Part shown: positions 32,219 through 33,023 of the stretch, piece after piece
Layout of the letters: every line of letters starts with the position of its first letter
How positions within the stretch are numbered: position 1 is the first letter of the stretch
Assembly: GCA_964635875.1 (NCBI GenBank)
Contig: CAZWRK010000044.1
Span: forward strand, 1-33,023
Direction: 5' to 3'
Length of the DNA stretch: 33,023 bases
From: an uncultured Aquaspirillum sp.
GTDB lineage: Bacteria; Pseudomonadota; Gammaproteobacteria; Burkholderiales; Aquaspirillaceae
Position numbers and translations under genes: made by a program
Notes under the pieces: model-generated
Seen by the model: only the letters and a program-made list of their open reading frames with translations
What the model was told of the DNA's origin: nothing
The model's database searches: none

Positions 32219-32265
32219 TAGCAGGGCGACCAGAAGTCGCCCGAAGGACAGAAGGGCAATAGAGC

Positions 32266-33023
32266 GTGGAAAATATTCTTTTTCTGTGTGTGTTTGCGTA
32301 CTGCGCGGGCTTGATTGATGCGGCGGTGGGCGGCGGCGGCCTGATTCAAATCCCCGCTTTGTTTAATTTTTTGCCGAAAGTGCCGCCGGTCGCGGTGTTC
32401 GGGACCAATAAATTTATTTCGGCCACCGGCACGATCTTTGCCACCCGCGCTTATTTGAAACGGGTGCGTTTGCCGTGGCGCTTGGTGCTTCCTGCGGCGG
32501 GGGCGGCATTTTTGATGTCGTTTACTGGCGCGGCGGTGGTGAGCTTGATTCCGGTGTCGATCATCAAGCCGATGGTTTTGGTGTTGCTGGTGTTGATGGC
32601 GATTTACACCTTGCGTAAAAAAGATTTTGGTCAGATCCATAAGCCGGTTCAGATTGGCCGCAAAGAACTGTTGCAGGGGCTGATGATTGGCGGGGCGATT
32701 GGCTTTTACGATGGTTTATTTGGCCCCGGTACGGGCAGTTTTTTGATGTTTCTGTTTATTCGTTTTTTTGCGTTTGATTTTTTACATGCGTCGGCGGCAG
32801 CGAAAGTGGTGAATTTATCGACCAATATCGCCGCTTTGGGCTTTTTCTTGCCGACTGGCAATGTGTTGTTTGCTTTGGCACTGCCAATGGCCGCGTGCAA
32901 TATTTTGGGCGCGTTGTCGGGCAGTTGGCTGGCGATGCATCGGGGCGCAGGGTTTGTGCGGGTGTTGTTCTTGGTGCTGACGTCGGTGCTGATCTGCAAG
33001 CTGGGGTATGACGTGTTGCGGGG
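32266..33023 (+). CDS. TSUP-family (TauE/SafE, DUF81) anion/sulfite exporter-like membrane protein, 3'-truncated by window end
   Basis: It is not in the ORF track because no stop falls inside the window. The GTG-start frame reads VENILFLCVFAYCAGLIDAAVGGGGLIQIPALFNF...GGAIGFYDGLFGPGTGSFLMF. These are the canonical duplicated TauE/SafE G-rich motifs. Confidence 0.75.
   Translation, partial: MENILFLCVFAYCAGLIDAAVGGGGLIQIPALFNFLPKVPPVAVFGTNKFISATGTIFATRAYLKRVRLPWRLVLPAAGAAFLMSFTGAAVVSLIPVSIIKPMVLVLLVLMAIYTLRKKDFGQIHKPVQIGRKELLQGLMIGGAIGFYDGLFGPGTGSFLMFLFIRFFAFDFLHASAAAKVVNLSTNIAALGFFLPTGNVLFALALPMAACNILGALSGSWLAMHRGAGFVRVLFLVLTSVLICKLGYDVLR

Noticed and set aside
31960-32999. Minus-strand ORFs 31960-32640 and 32706-32999
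   Set aside because: They overlap the gamma-CA-like gene and the TauE/TSUP gene on the opposite strand. The plus-strand TSUP reading frame shows canonical family motifs.

Overview
This is a high-GC (about 60%), gene-dense chromosomal window. Gene content and synteny suggest a betaproteobacterium of the Neisseriales/Chromobacteriaceae type; that is an inference from gene content only. Almost all of it is housekeeping or core-accessory metabolism, in this order. An SPFH (band-7, YdjI-like) protein carrying five C-terminal zinc ribbons is followed by a Zn-ribbon/TM/TPR partner (77-3342, +). Glutamate synthase gltD-gltB lies on the minus strand (3402-9322) with a 325-nt leader. Then come hemF and a MetB/MetC-family PLP enzyme (-). 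argE is tightly coupled to a tripartite HlyD-adaptor/FtsX-permease/ATPase exporter (+). A dihaem cytochrome c follows (-), then tRNA-Arg(CCG). An iron-uptake locus follows: cupin, tonB, exbB, exbD, TonB-dependent receptor and a PiuC/YbiX-type Fe(II)/2OG hydroxylase, with a Fur-box-like site in front of tonB. Next are a CapA-family metallophosphatase and a small secreted Cys protein (-). A 300-nt AT-rich regulatory island with nested palindromes precedes a Cache-type MCP. The rest are an Hpt-HD-GYP protein (-), tpx, a conserved hypothetical gene translationally overlapped with xthA, prlC (all -), a gamma-carbonic-anhydrase/YrdA-like protein, and the 5' part of a TSUP/TauE transporter. There is no integrase, transposase, CRISPR array, phage gene or toxin-antitoxin pair, and no island is evident at the tRNA. 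Convergent gene junctions each carry one shared GC-rich hairpin plus T-run. The most unusual element is the first operon: a YdjI-like SPFH protein with a (Gly-Met)n linker and an expanded array of five tandem C4 zinc ribbons, paired with a membrane Zn-ribbon/TPR protein. Many long antisense ORFs in the six-frame track are shadow ORFs typical of high-GC DNA and are rejected.
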